The notes under the pieces were generated by a model. That model searched no databases, had not been told where the DNA came from, and saw nothing but the letters and a program-made list of their open reading frames with translations. Positions 37,906-47,750 of a DNA stretch of 64,000 bases are shown here, in pieces. Made by a program: the position numbers and the translations under genes. Positions within the stretch are counted from its first letter, which is position 1. Each line of letters opens with the position of its first letter. Source of the stretch: an uncultured Rhizobium sp. (lineage in GTDB: Bacteria > Pseudomonadota > Alphaproteobacteria > Rickettsiales > UBA1997); assembly GCA_964461905.1 (NCBI GenBank), contig CAYWVI010000002.1:661-64660 (forward strand), given 5' to 3'.

Positions 37906-38358
37906 TTATACTTTTGAACGCTTCATCTTAAAAAAATCTTGCAATAATTTTCTCGATTCTTCTTCTGAAATTCCCGAATAAACTTCAGGACGATGAAAAC
38001 ATGAGGAACTAGAAAAAAATCTAACACCATTTTCAACCGCACCAAATTTTTTATCTGATGCAGCATAGTAAACTCGACGAATTCTAGCTAAAGAAATGGC
38101 GGCAGCGCACATAGCGCAAGGCTCAAGCGTTACATAAAGGTCGCAATTATCGAGTCTAGAAGTGCCTTTAATTTCCGCAGCTTTACGCAATGCTAAAATT
38201 TCTGCATGGGCAGTTGGATCTTTTTTTGTTAAATTGCCATTATACGCGCTAGAAATGATTTTTTGATCTTCAACAATAATTGCACCAACTGGAACTTCGT
38301 TATTTTTAAAAGCAATTTCAGCCTGTTCTAAAGCTGCTCTCATAAAATTATTCTTCAT
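37906..38358 (-). CDS. tadA: tRNA adenosine(34) deaminase
   Basis: Carries HAEILALR and TLEPCAMCAAAI (the CDA zinc motifs). The start is set at MKNNFMRAALEQA (38358); 38343 is also possible, and the longer ORF start overlaps tatD heavily. Confidence 0.88.
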   Translation of the reverse strand: MKNNFMRAALEQAEIAFKNNEVPVGAIIVEDQKIISSAYNGNLTKKDPTAHAEILALRKAAEIKGTSRLDNCDLYVTLEPCAMCAAAISLARIRRVYYAASDKKFGAVENGVRFFSSSSCFHRPEVYSGISEEESRKLLQDFFKMKRSKV

Positions 38359-39145
38359 ATTTTTGAGCGCGTTTAAAAATCTTAAAAAAATTCTCAGTCG
38401 TTTGTTTTGCAACTTCTTCTGCTTTTAAACCTTTAAGATCAGCAATAAATTCAACAACATGTTTAGTAAAAGCTGGTTGATTAGTTTTTCCACGATATGG
38501 AACTGGTGCCAAATAAGGAGAATCAGTTTCAACCAATAAAGATTCCATCGGTAAAAATTTAACTATTTCTTGCAATTCTGTGGCATTTTTAAAAGTTACA
38601 ATTCCTGCGATAGAAATAAAAATTCCTAGATCCAAAGCTTTTTTTGACAATTCTTTGGAACTAGAAAAACAATGCAACAAGGCAGGAAAATTTTTGTTTT
38701 TCTGCTCACTTTCTAAAATTTCAATCATATCCAAATCAGCATTTCGACTATGGATTATAACCGGCAAATCATTTTGTTGCGAAGCTTTTATATGCTCTAA
38801 AAAACTAAACTTCTGCAAATCAATTGCTGAAAGATCATGATAATAATCCAAACCAGTTTCACCAATTCCAATAACTTTTTTGTGAATTTGGCAAAGTTTA
38901 AGAATTTCGTCAGCGAAGATTTTTGGCTGTTCTAAAACATTACATGGATGGATTCCAACAGAAGCATAAATAAAATCATAAAGAGTTGTATAGCGTAGGA
39001 TGTGATCAATTTCCGTTACCCGAGTGCAAATTGTCTGCAAAATTTTAACATTATTTTGCACGGAGTTTTGGATAACCTCTTCTAAATTTAATCCCTGCTT
39101 TTCGATAAGATCGAGATGGCAATGGCTATCAACTATGTAATTCAT
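38348..39145 (-). CDS. tatD: TatD-family metal-dependent hydrolase
   Basis: 265 aa with an IVDSHCHLD start, GETGLDYY, VIIHSR, LHCFSS and LVETDSPYLAPVPYRGK. Confidence 0.9.
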   Translation of the reverse strand: MNYIVDSHCHLDLIEKQGLNLEEVIQNSVQNNVKILQTICTRVTEIDHILRYTTLYDFIYASVGIHPCNVLEQPKIFADEILKLCQIHKKVIGIGETGLDYYHDLSAIDLQKFSFLEHIKASQQNDLPVIIHSRNADLDMIEILESEQKNKNFPALLHCFSSSKELSKKALDLGIFISIAGIVTFKNATELQEIVKFLPMESLLVETDSPYLAPVPYRGKTNQPAFTKHVVEFIADLKGLKAEEVAKQTTENFFKIFKRAQKYEE

Positions 39146-39647
39146 TTTTTTTATTTCTAATTGCCGTTGAAGAAATATCTAAATTTTTGCTATAAAAAAT
39201 TTTATATTTTGATTGGGAAACCAATTTCCAAACTTTCGTTTGGCGAATATTTCGTAATTTTTTTTCACGTGAAAAAATCATTAGCGGAATTTTTTTTATG
39301 ATTTTTCTAAAACCATCCCATTGATGAAACTTCTCTAAATTATCTGCTCCCATCAACCAGAAAAATTCAATATCCTTATAGCGATTCTTTAGCTTAGTTA
39401 CTAAAATTTCAGTGTAAATTTCATCAAATTTTTTAATATAAATTTTTGGATGATGAGCCGTAATTATTTCGCATTTTTTAGCGCGCAAAAAATAATCCTC
39501 ATAAATTGCCATATCTTTTAAAGGGTTATGTGCAGTTGGAATCCACCAAACTTGATTTAACCCAAGTTTTTTTATTGCCAATTCGCTAATATAAACATGT
39601 CCTTTATGAGGAGGATTAAAACTTCCTCCAAGTAAACCAACTCTCAT
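39129..39647 (-). CDS. nadD: nicotinate-nucleotide adenylyltransferase
   Basis: The start is set at MRVGLLGGSFNPPHKGH (ATG 39647, overlapping the ubiA stop as ATGA). ISSTAIR lies near the C-terminus. Confidence 0.85.
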   Translation of the reverse strand: MRVGLLGGSFNPPHKGHVYISELAIKKLGLNQVWWIPTAHNPLKDMAIYEDYFLRAKKCEIITAHHPKIYIKKFDEIYTEILVTKLKNRYKDIEFFWLMGADNLEKFHQWDGFRKIIKKIPLMIFSREKKLRNIRQTKVWKLVSQSKYKIFYSKNLDISSTAIRNKKNELHS

Positions 39648-40504
39648 CCTAAAATAATTGCGATTAAAATTAGTAAACCCACCCAAATGTTGGCTTTAAA
39701 AACTTTCAGACATTTTTGTGGATCTGCAAAATCGCAACTTTTTATTTTATGATTCAAAAATAAGTCAGCGACAAGTATGCCTAAAAAAAATCCAGACTCA
39801 AACTCAGCTTTCCAACCCAAATAAACTAATGTCAAAAACATGGCAAAATTTAGATATGTTAGAATTGCTTTGGGATTCTTACTAAATTTTATTGCCGTTG
39901 ATTTTACACCAATTTTAACGTCATCTTCTATGTCTTGATAGGCATAAATACTGTCGTAAATTACCGTCCAAATAATACAGGAAAAATAAAGAATCATTAT
40001 TTTAGAATTTAAAGACCCAAGTAACGCCAAGCCCGCCATCAAGATTCCAAAATTAAAAGTTAGTCCTAAAAAAATTTGTGGATAGTAAGTAATGCGTTTC
40101 ATCAAAGGATATGCTATTACCAACAGCATCGCCGCAAACCCACTCATGATTGTGGCAAGATTAAATTGTAGCAAAATTATCAATCCAAAAAACAGCAACG
40201 TAGCCAAAAAGTAAAAAGCTGATTTTCTTGAAATTTTCTTTGACGCCAATGGTCGATTTCTCGTACGCTCAACTTGTTCATCAAACTTCTGATCACTTAA
40301 ATCGTTAATTATACATCCAGCAGAGCGCATTATAATTGAGCCAATAAAAAATAAGAAAATTATTTTTGTTAACTCCAAACCATCAAAACTTGGTAGAAAT
40401 TTTAAAGCTAACGCAATTCCCATCACACAAGGAAGAAATAATAATAAAATTCCTGTTGGCTGATTTAAACGAGCAAGTTCAATATAATTTCTGATAACTA
40501 TCAT
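39644..40504 (-). CDS. ubiA: 4-hydroxybenzoate polyprenyltransferase
   Basis: 286 aa, multi-TM, with the first Asp-rich motif NDLSDQKFDEQVERTRNRPLAS and the second motif YAYQDIEDD. Confidence 0.88.
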   Translation of the reverse strand: MIVIRNYIELARLNQPTGILLLFLPCVMGIALALKFLPSFDGLELTKIIFLFFIGSIIMRSAGCIINDLSDQKFDEQVERTRNRPLASKKISRKSAFYFLATLLFFGLIILLQFNLATIMSGFAAMLLVIAYPLMKRITYYPQIFLGLTFNFGILMAGLALLGSLNSKIMILYFSCIIWTVIYDSIYAYQDIEDDVKIGVKSTAIKFSKNPKAILTYLNFAMFLTLVYLGWKAEFESGFFLGILVADLFLNHKIKSCDFADPQKCLKVFKANIWVGLLILIAIILG

Positions 40505-40578
40505 TTTATTTGATTTTTTGATCTTAGTTTTTAGCTTCCGCGACCCTTAATAAATTATTCTCTTCAAAATAAATAATC

Positions 40579-42585
40579 ATGCACAAATTATTAATAGCTA
40601 ACCGCGGAGAAATTGCTTGCCGCATTATTAAAACTTGCCGCAAATTAGGCATCAAAACCGTTGCCGTTTATTCTGACGCTGACACCAACTCTTTGTTTGT
40701 ACAAATGGCCGATGAAGCCGTGAATATTGGACATTCGCCATCTTCTCAAAGCTATCTCAATGTCGATAAAATCTTAGCCGCCGTTAAAAAAACTGGCGCG
40801 ACAATGGTTCACCCTGGATATGGATTTTTGTCAGAAAACCGTGCCTTTGCCAATGCTTTAGAAAAAGCTGGCGTAATTTTTGTAGGACCTTCAGTTCATT
40901 CAATTGAAATGATGGGAGATAAAATTGAATCAAAAAAATTAGCAATTGATGCTGGTGTTAGCACAGTTCCCGGACATATGGGCATTATTAAAGATAACAT
41001 TGAAGCAGCAAGCATCGCTGAAAAAATTGGTTTTCCAGTAATGGTAAAAGCCTCAGCTGGCGGCGGTGGAAAAGGCATGAGAATTGTATGGAATAAAGAT
41101 GATGTTGCCGAAGCTTTTCTTTCAGCATCAAATGAAGCGCGTAATAGCTTTTCTGACGATCGCATTTTTATTGAAAAATTCATTGAAAATCCTCGTCACA
41201 TTGAAATTCAAGTAATTGCCGACAAACAAGGAAACACTGTTTGTTTGGGCGAAAGAGAATGTTCAATTCAACGCAATAACCAAAAAGTAATTGAAGAAGC
41301 ACCAAGTCCTTTTTTAGATGAAGAAACTCGCGCCAAAATGTATGAGCAATCAAAAGCTTTGGCAAAGAAGGTTGGATATTTTTCGGCTGGAACCATCGAA
41401 TATATCATGGATAAGAATAAAAACTTCTATTTCCTTGAGATGAACACGCGCCTGCAAGTTGAACATCCTGTTACCGAGTTAATCACTGGTTTAGATATTG
41501 TTGAATTAATGATTAAAATTGCTTTGGGCGAAAAACTTCCATTCAAGCAAGAAGACATTAAGTTAAATGGTTGGGCAATGGAATCACGTATTTACGCCGA
41601 AGATCCTTCTCGTGGGTTTTTACCATCTTCTGGACGCATTAACCTCTACATTGAACCAGAAGCTAACGAAAATGTTCGAGTTGACACTGGAGTTTACGAA
41701 GGCGGCGAAGTCAGTATGTTTTATGATGCCATGATTGCAAAACTTTGCTCTTATGGCAAAGATCGTTTGGAAGCAATCTCCCATATGCAATCGGCTCTCG
41801 GCAGTTTTGCAATTGGCGGCGTTTCCCATAATATCAGCTTTCTTGAAACCATCATGAAAAATGAGCGTTTCATTAAAGGAAATTTAACTACTAGCTTTAT
41901 TAAAGAAGAATTTCCCGAAGGATTTTCTGGCAGTGAATTAGATTCAAGAACAGAAGAAGTTTTAATCGCCAGCTCAATGCATATTTTCTTAAAAAACTAC
42001 GAAAGAAACGGTCATATGACTGGTCAATTAAGAAATCGCGAAAAACAAATTTCTGAACGCTGGGTGGTGATGATCGACAATAAATCATACTTGGTAAATC
42101 TTTTAGAAAGATCTCAAGAATTTTTAAAATTAGAGTGTGATCGTAGAGAAATTACTATTTCAACCTCATGGAATAATGGTGAAAAACTTTTCCGCGGAAA
42201 AGTTAACGAAGTTGAAGTTGGCGTAAGAATACGTGAAAACAACAATACTGGCAGCTATTTAATGCAATATTCTGGCTTTGACGCTTTTGTTAGCGTTTAT
42301 TCGCCACGCATTGCTGAACTTTCAAAATTCATGCCAAAAATTGTTAAAAATCCAAAACCAGTAAATTTAACTTCACCAATCACTGGAAAAATTGTTCGTT
42401 TTAAAGTTAAAGAAGGCGATGAAATCAAAGCTGGACAAGAGCTGGTATTGATTGAAGCCATGAAAATGGAAAACTCAATTCGCACTGATCACGACGTTAA
42501 AATTGGTAAAATCAAATTTAATGAAGGCGAAACAGTTGGTATCGGACAGGTAGTAATTGAGTTCATCAATGAACCAACTTCTTAG
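40579..42585 (+). CDS. pccA: biotin-dependent acyl-CoA carboxylase alpha subunit (propionyl-CoA carboxylase-like; BC plus BCCP)
   Basis: 668 aa with a KLLIANRGEIACR start, an ATP-grasp domain (GGGGKGMR), EMNTRLQVEHPVTE and the C-terminal biotinylation motif EAMKMEN. Confidence 0.9.
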   Translation: MHKLLIANRGEIACRIIKTCRKLGIKTVAVYSDADTNSLFVQMADEAVNIGHSPSSQSYLNVDKILAAVKKTGATMVHPGYGFLSENRAFANALEKAGVIFVGPSVHSIEMMGDKIESKKLAIDAGVSTVPGHMGIIKDNIEAASIAEKIGFPVMVKASAGGGGKGMRIVWNKDDVAEAFLSASNEARNSFSDDRIFIEKFIENPRHIEIQVIADKQGNTVCLGERECSIQRNNQKVIEEAPSPFLDEETRAKMYEQSKALAKKVGYFSAGTIEYIMDKNKNFYFLEMNTRLQVEHPVTELITGLDIVELMIKIALGEKLPFKQEDIKLNGWAMESRIYAEDPSRGFLPSSGRINLYIEPEANENVRVDTGVYEGGEVSMFYDAMIAKLCSYGKDRLEAISHMQSALGSFAIGGVSHNISFLETIMKNERFIKGNLTTSFIKEEFPEGFSGSELDSRTEEVLIASSMHIFLKNYERNGHMTGQLRNREKQISERWVVMIDNKSYLVNLLERSQEFLKLECDRREITISTSWNNGEKLFRGKVNEVEVGVRIRENNNTGSYLMQYSGFDAFVSVYSPRIAELSKFMPKIVKNPKPVNLTSPITGKIVRFKVKEGDEIKAGQELVLIEAMKMENSIRTDHDVKIGKIKFNEGETVGIGQVVIEFINEPTS

Positions 42586-42592
42586 TTAAGTT

Positions 42593-43246
42593 TTATTCTG
42601 CAGCGATTTTAACAATTTTTGCTGCAGAAAAAACTGAAATAGCTCCAACAAAAAAACACATTCCAAAAAGCATTTTAATATTTGCACTCAAATCAGAATT
42701 TAAACCTCCAAAAGCAAGCAAAATCACAGGAACAATTAAAGGCAAAGCAACTACAGCAATCATTGGTGCCGAATTTCCTAAAACTGATAAACTGCCACAA
42801 AAACTACAAATAAAACTTATCACTAAACTGGCAAGAAAGGCTAATATTAAAAAATCAAAAGATTGATTTGAGTTAAGACCAATTAAAGCACCCATTGGCA
42901 TAATTAAAATTATAATCGGCAAAGAATTAACCAACCAATTTGCCAGCATTTTAGCAAAAATAAAAACTTCGAAATTATCGCAAGAATTTAAGATTTGCTC
43001 AATTGTCCCATCATCAAAATCTTTTTTTAAAAAATCAGTTGATGAAAAAATCAAAACAGAAAGCAAAGAAAACCAAATTATTGTGATAGAATAAAAAAGT
43101 GCGGATCCCTGATTTTCTTGACCTTGCGCAAGAAACAGAAAAATTGTTACTGAAATTAGAAAAAACAAAAAATTAGCAAAAACCCTGCCTATATTTCTTG
43201 AAGACAGCAAAATTTCTTGAAAAAAAATTATAAAAAAAACCTGCAT
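42593..43246 (-). CDS. ccmB: heme exporter protein CcmB-like
   Basis: 217 aa with 6 TM segments. Size and hydrophobic pattern are consistent with CcmB. No ccmA or ccmC is adjacent. Confidence 0.55.
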   Translation of the reverse strand: MQVFFIIFFQEILLSSRNIGRVFANFLFFLISVTIFLFLAQGQENQGSALFYSITIIWFSLLSVLIFSSTDFLKKDFDDGTIEQILNSCDNFEVFIFAKMLANWLVNSLPIIILIMPMGALIGLNSNQSFDFLILAFLASLVISFICSFCGSLSVLGNSAPMIAVVALPLIVPVILLAFGGLNSDLSANIKMLFGMCFFVGAISVFSAAKIVKIAAE

Positions 43247-43248
43247 TT

Positions 43249-44664
43249 TTATCTTCCGTAAATGTCTTGAAATCTAATTATATCATCTTCTCCAAGATAA
43301 TTTCCTGTTTGAACTTCAATTAATTCTAACATTGTTTCTTCCTTATTTTCTAAACGATGTTTTTGCCCAATTGGAATATAGGTTGATTGATCTTCTTCCA
43401 TCACAAACTCTTTATCGCCACAAGTAACGTGAGCTTTTCCTTTAACCACAACCCAATGCTCAGCTCGCTTATTATGCATTTGCAAAGACAAAGCTGATTT
43501 TGGTTTTACGCTGATTTTTTTTACTTTGAAACGCGCTCCCAAATCAATAGTTTCAAAACTTCCCCACGGACGCAAAACTTTTGTATGCGAATTACATTCT
43601 TCACGATTCTGCTTTTTTAATATTTCAAACATTTCTTTTACTGCCTGTGAGTCACTTTTATTTGCAACCAACACAACATCTTTAAGTGCAATAATAATTA
43701 AATTTTCAACACCAATTGCAGCAGTTAAAATATTACGTGAGTTGATATAACAACCCGTGGTGCGAATTGTAGAAACATCACCAATTAAACTATTTTCATC
43801 AGCATTTTTTGGCGAAATTTCAGAAACTGCTTGCCACGATCCAACATCAGACCAACCAACAGAAATTGGTGCTACAGCAACTTTGTCTGATTTTTCCATT
43901 ACTGCATAATCCACCGAAATATTAGCACAATTAGCAAAGGATTTTTCATCAAGGCGAATAAAATCAAGATCGCGCGAAGCATTACTGTAAGCTTCTTGGC
44001 AATTAATAAAAATATCATTTTGCAATTTTTGCAAAGCTTGCAAATAAGTTGAGGCTTTGAACAAAAATATTCCGCTGTTCCACAAATATTCACCACTTTC
44101 TAAAAATTTTTGTGCGGTTAGAAAATCTGGCTTTTCAACAAATTTTTCTACTGAAAAAACTTCCAAGAAATTTTCTAATTCAGCATTTTTTTTGATATAA
44201 CCATAACCAGTTTCTGGCTTATTTGGAACAACGCCAAAAGTGACAAGATACCCTTCATTTGCAGCTTTTGCAGCATTTTTAACATTCGAAATAAATGTTT
44301 TTTCATCATCAATAATATGATCTGAAGGCATCACTAAAATTAAAGTGTCAGAGTTATTTTTAACAGCGTCGAATGCAGCAATTGCAATTGCTGGAGCGGT
44401 GTTGCGACCAATTGGTTCAAGAATAATTGACTGAGCTTTTAAACTAATTTTCTGCAATTCTTCAGCCGCTGTAAAACGATGCTCATTATTACAAATCACA
44501 ATTGCTTTAGAAAAATCAGCCGAATTTCTAACCCGCAAAGCAGCTTTTTGAAACAAAGAATTTTCACCAAAAAAATCTAAAAATTGTTTTGGATTTAAAC
44601 TGCGCGAAACTGGCCAAAGTCTTGTTCCAGAGCCACCAGAAAGAATTACAGGGGTAATTGTCAT
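43249..44664 (-). CDS. manC: mannose-1-phosphate guanylyltransferase / mannose-6-phosphate isomerase (type II PMI-GMP)
   Basis: 471 aa with ILSGGSGTRLWPVSR, a NTP-transferase domain, and a C-terminal cupin with LSLQMHNKRAEHWVVVKG and YIPIGQKHRLEN. Confidence 0.92.
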   Translation of the reverse strand: MTITPVILSGGSGTRLWPVSRSLNPKQFLDFFGENSLFQKAALRVRNSADFSKAIVICNNEHRFTAAEELQKISLKAQSIILEPIGRNTAPAIAIAAFDAVKNNSDTLILVMPSDHIIDDEKTFISNVKNAAKAANEGYLVTFGVVPNKPETGYGYIKKNAELENFLEVFSVEKFVEKPDFLTAQKFLESGEYLWNSGIFLFKASTYLQALQKLQNDIFINCQEAYSNASRDLDFIRLDEKSFANCANISVDYAVMEKSDKVAVAPISVGWSDVGSWQAVSEISPKNADENSLIGDVSTIRTTGCYINSRNILTAAIGVENLIIIALKDVVLVANKSDSQAVKEMFEILKKQNREECNSHTKVLRPWGSFETIDLGARFKVKKISVKPKSALSLQMHNKRAEHWVVVKGKAHVTCGDKEFVMEEDQSTYIPIGQKHRLENKEETMLELIEVQTGNYLGEDDIIRFQDIYGR

Positions 44665-45251
44665 AAGAAAAAATCAATTGCGCCAAAACCTTTGATTGGC
44701 AATTTTTTTAGCGATTTTATATTGTTAGAATTAACGCCTCCAAGAGCATAAATATTGGTTCTAAAGTAGGATTGTTTTTTGGTTTTAAAAGCAATTTTTG
44801 CTAAAGTTTTTAATCCAAGATTTGGTGTTTTTTCATGACTTGTAGTTGGAAAAATTGGTGCAACAAAAAGCATATTTGGTCTCAATTTCTGTAATCGTAA
44901 TACTGATTTAAAATTATGAGCAGAAAGGCTAAAAATAAAATCTTTTGGCCAAAGTTTTTTTTGACGAAATTGAATTGGAATTTGGCTATAATCTGAAAAA
45001 TGCAATCCGTCGCATTTCAGTTTTTTTGCTAAAGAAAAATCTTTTCCTATTAAAATTTTAAAAGCTTTTGGTTTTGCCAAAGCAATAATTTTTCTGGCAA
45101 AATCTTCACGTGATTTTTGATCTAAATCATATTCACGAATGATTATTGTAGAATTTTTTGGCAGATTTTTAATTGTTTTTTCAAAATTCTTAACCTTCTT
45201 GCGATCAGTAAAAAAGACAGACGCAAATGTAAATTTAATTTCTTGATTCAT
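44661..45251 (-). CDS. thiamine-phosphate synthase (ThiE/TenI)-like protein
   Basis: TIM-barrel-like pattern: IIIREYDL, GLHFSD, LSAHN, FVAPIFPTTSH and YALGGVNSNNI. The start is taken at MNQEIKF (45251). Confidence 0.55.
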   Translation of the reverse strand: MNQEIKFTFASVFFTDRKKVKNFEKTIKNLPKNSTIIIREYDLDQKSREDFARKIIALAKPKAFKILIGKDFSLAKKLKCDGLHFSDYSQIPIQFRQKKLWPKDFIFSLSAHNFKSVLRLQKLRPNMLFVAPIFPTTSHEKTPNLGLKTLAKIAFKTKKQSYFRTNIYALGGVNSNNIKSLKKLPIKGFGAIDFFL

Positions 45252-45918
45252 GAAAAACCAAATTGAGCGCAATTTATTTTTATTAAAAGAGCGCGTTAAA
45301 AAAGCCTGTAAACTTTATCAAAAAAAACCGGAAAGAGTCAATTTAATTGCGGTTTCCAAAACAATTTCCAAAGAAAAAATTTGTGAAGCAATTGCATTAA
45401 ATTGCAAAATCTTTGGCGAAAATTATGTAAAAGAAGCGCAAGAAAAATGGTCACAAATTAAAAAAGAATTTCCAGAAATTGAGTTGCATTTTATTGGACA
45501 TTTGCAAAGCAATAAAGCCGACGAAGCTGTTGATTTATTTGATGCTATTCAAACTTTAGATAGTGAAAAATTGGCTTTAGCTTTGAAGAAAGCAACTTTA
45601 AAAAAAGATAAAAATCCTAAGATTTTTATTCAGGTAAATATTGGTGAAGAAGAGCAAAAAGGCGGAATCGCACCACAAGAAATAAAAAACTTTGTAAAAT
45701 TTGTACGCGAAGAATGTGGCTTAAATTTAGTTGGTTTAATGTGTATTCCACCAGCTAACGAAAATCCTTCTCCTTATTTTGCGTTATTGTCAAAAATGGC
45801 ACGTGAAAATAATCTAAAAGAAATTTCAATGGGTATGAGTGCTGATTTTGAAGATGCAATTGCGCTTGGCGCAACTTACATTCGCCTTGGAACGGCAATT
45901 TTTGGAGAAAGAGTTTAA
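45250..45918 (+). CDS. yggS: YggS-family pyridoxal-phosphate homeostasis protein
   Basis: 222 aa with LIAVSKT (PLP lysine), FGENYVKEA, HFIGHLQSNK, SMGMSADFEDAI and IRLGTAIFG. Confidence 0.9.
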   Translation: MKNQIERNLFLLKERVKKACKLYQKKPERVNLIAVSKTISKEKICEAIALNCKIFGENYVKEAQEKWSQIKKEFPEIELHFIGHLQSNKADEAVDLFDAIQTLDSEKLALALKKATLKKDKNPKIFIQVNIGEEEQKGGIAPQEIKNFVKFVREECGLNLVGLMCIPPANENPSPYFALLSKMARENNLKEISMGMSADFEDAIALGATYIRLGTAIFGERV

Positions 45919-45995
45919 AAAATAGCTAATTTTTCAAAACAACAAACTTGCTTCTTTTAAGTTTAGACTTAAAACGCGCGCCTCTTCTTATTTAA

Positions 45996-46072
45996 GAGCC
46001 CGTAGCTCAGCTGGATAGAGCAACAGCCTTCTAAGCTGTGGGTCGGACGTTCGAATCGTCTCGGGCTCACCA
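45996..46072 (+). tRNA. tRNA-Arg (anticodon TCT), CCA encoded
   Basis: GAGCCCGTAGCTCAGCTGGATAGAGCAACAGCCTTCTAAGCTGTGGGTCGGACGTTCGAATCGTCTCGGGCTCACCA folds by hand into a cloverleaf. The acceptor stem is GAGCCCG/CGGGCTC and the anticodon loop is CTTCTAA. Confidence 0.92.
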
Positions 46073-46233
46073 AAATAACTTTCTCATCACTAAAAACATT
46101 TCAAAATATTTCGTTAAAAACCCCCTATACTTTTGAAACTACTGGGGCTAAAAAGTTGTTCCCATCTTGTGATTTGCATTTCTTAGCATCACAAACCAAT
46201 TCCTCCCTTAAAAAAATAAATAGCACAAAACTC

Positions 46234-47655
46234 ATGTCCAGCAAAGCATCCGGCGTTTCTGCCATTTTTGAAATGATCAAAAATAATAATATTAAATTCA
46301 TCGATTTTCGTTTTTCTGATTATGCAGGAAAATGGTTGCACATTTCTTACTGCGCTGATCAGGTTGGCGAAGAAGAATTAGTAAAAGGCGTTGCTTTTGA
46401 TGGCTCTTCAGTTCCAGCTTGGAAAGAAATTAACGAATCAGACATGTTGATGATTCCTCAACTTGATTCAGCTTTTATTGATCCTTTTGCAACTAACCCA
46501 ACTTTGGTTCTAATTTGTGATGTAATTGAACCAACAACGGGCGAGGGTTATGATCGCGATCCTCGCAATACCGCTAAAAAAGCTGAAGAATATTTGAAAA
46601 AAAGTGGAATTGGTGATGTTGCTTATTTTGGTCCAGAACCAGAATTTTTTATTTTTGATGATGTGCGTTTTGAAAATAGAGCTTACGGAAATTCTTACGC
46701 AATTGATTCAGAAGAAGCCCCTCATAATACAAATAAAATTGTTGAAGGTGGAAATTTAGGACGTCGCTCTCAACTTAAAGGTGCTTATTTTGATACCATG
46801 CCACTTGACACCGCACAAGATCTACGCTGTGAAATGTCAGAAGTTTTGCGCCAAGTTGGAATTACTCCCGTTTTACACCATCACGAAGTTGCAAACTCAC
46901 AATCTGAAATTGGCTTTAAATATAGCACGCTTACTCACACAGGAGATAATGTGCAAAAAGCTAAATATGTTATTCACAATGTTTGCCAAGCTTACGGCAA
47001 AACTGCTACTTTCATGCCAAAACCAATTTATGGTGATAACGGCTCAGGAATGCACGTTCACCAATCAATTTGGAAAGCAGGAAAAAACCTTTTCGTTGGT
47101 AAAGATCATGCAGGTTTGTCTGAATTGGCTTTGTATTACATCGGCGGAATCATCAAACACGCAAAAGCTATAAACGCATTCTCAAATGCAACAACTAACA
47201 GCTATAAACGCTTAGTTCCGGGTTTTGAAGCTCCAGTTCTTTTAGCTTATTCTCCAAAAAATCGTTCGGCTTCAATTCGTATTCCAAATGTAACTAACGA
47301 AAATGCTCGTCGTATTGAAACTCGTTTTCCAGATCCAGCGTCAAATCCTTATCTAACTTTTGCAGCTTTATTAATGGCTGGTCTTGATGGTATTAAAAAC
47401 AAAATCCATCCGGGAGAACCAAAAAACAAAGATCTTTATCACTTACCTGAAAAAGAATTGAAAAAAATCCCAACTGTTTCTCGCTCTCTTCGCGATGCTC
47501 TTAACGCTTTGGATAAAGATCGTGAGTTCTTACTTGCTGGCGGCGTTTTCACTAACGAACAAATCGACGCTTATATTGCTCTAAAATTAAAAGAAGTCGA
47601 TCGCTACGAGCAAATGCCTCACCCAGTTGAGTTTGAAATGTATTATAATAACTAG
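46234..47655 (+). CDS. glnA: glutamine synthetase, type I
   Basis: The start is set at MSSKASG (46234). Motifs seen: FDGSS, a GPEPEFFIFD-type beta-grasp, HHHEVA, KPIYGDNGSGMHVHQS, NSYKRLVPGFEAP and the adenylylation-loop region NKDLYHLPEKE. Confidence 0.95.
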   Translation: MSSKASGVSAIFEMIKNNNIKFIDFRFSDYAGKWLHISYCADQVGEEELVKGVAFDGSSVPAWKEINESDMLMIPQLDSAFIDPFATNPTLVLICDVIEPTTGEGYDRDPRNTAKKAEEYLKKSGIGDVAYFGPEPEFFIFDDVRFENRAYGNSYAIDSEEAPHNTNKIVEGGNLGRRSQLKGAYFDTMPLDTAQDLRCEMSEVLRQVGITPVLHHHEVANSQSEIGFKYSTLTHTGDNVQKAKYVIHNVCQAYGKTATFMPKPIYGDNGSGMHVHQSIWKAGKNLFVGKDHAGLSELALYYIGGIIKHAKAINAFSNATTNSYKRLVPGFEAPVLLAYSPKNRSASIRIPNVTNENARRIETRFPDPASNPYLTFAALLMAGLDGIKNKIHPGEPKNKDLYHLPEKELKKIPTVSRSLRDALNALDKDREFLLAGGVFTNEQIDAYIALKLKEVDRYEQMPHPVEFEMYYNN

Positions 47656-47670
47656 AAATTTATTACGACC

Positions 47671-47699
47671 GTAAACCCCGTCACACAGATGGGGTTTAC
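47671..47699 (+). terminator. stem-loop downstream of glnA (possible terminator, no clear T-tract)
   Basis: GTAAACCCC (47671-47679) pairs with GGGGTTTAC (47691-47699) across an 11-nt loop, 16 nt after the glnA stop. Confidence 0.35.
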
Positions 47700-47750
47700 A
47701 GCAATTAAGTTCTCATATTTTCACTTAAAATAATTAAACCCAAAAACACC

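Noticed and set aside
46781-47173. 130-aa same-strand alternative-frame ORF inside glnA
   Set aside because: It lies out of frame within a perfectly conserved glutamine synthetase core. The product has no recognisable features.
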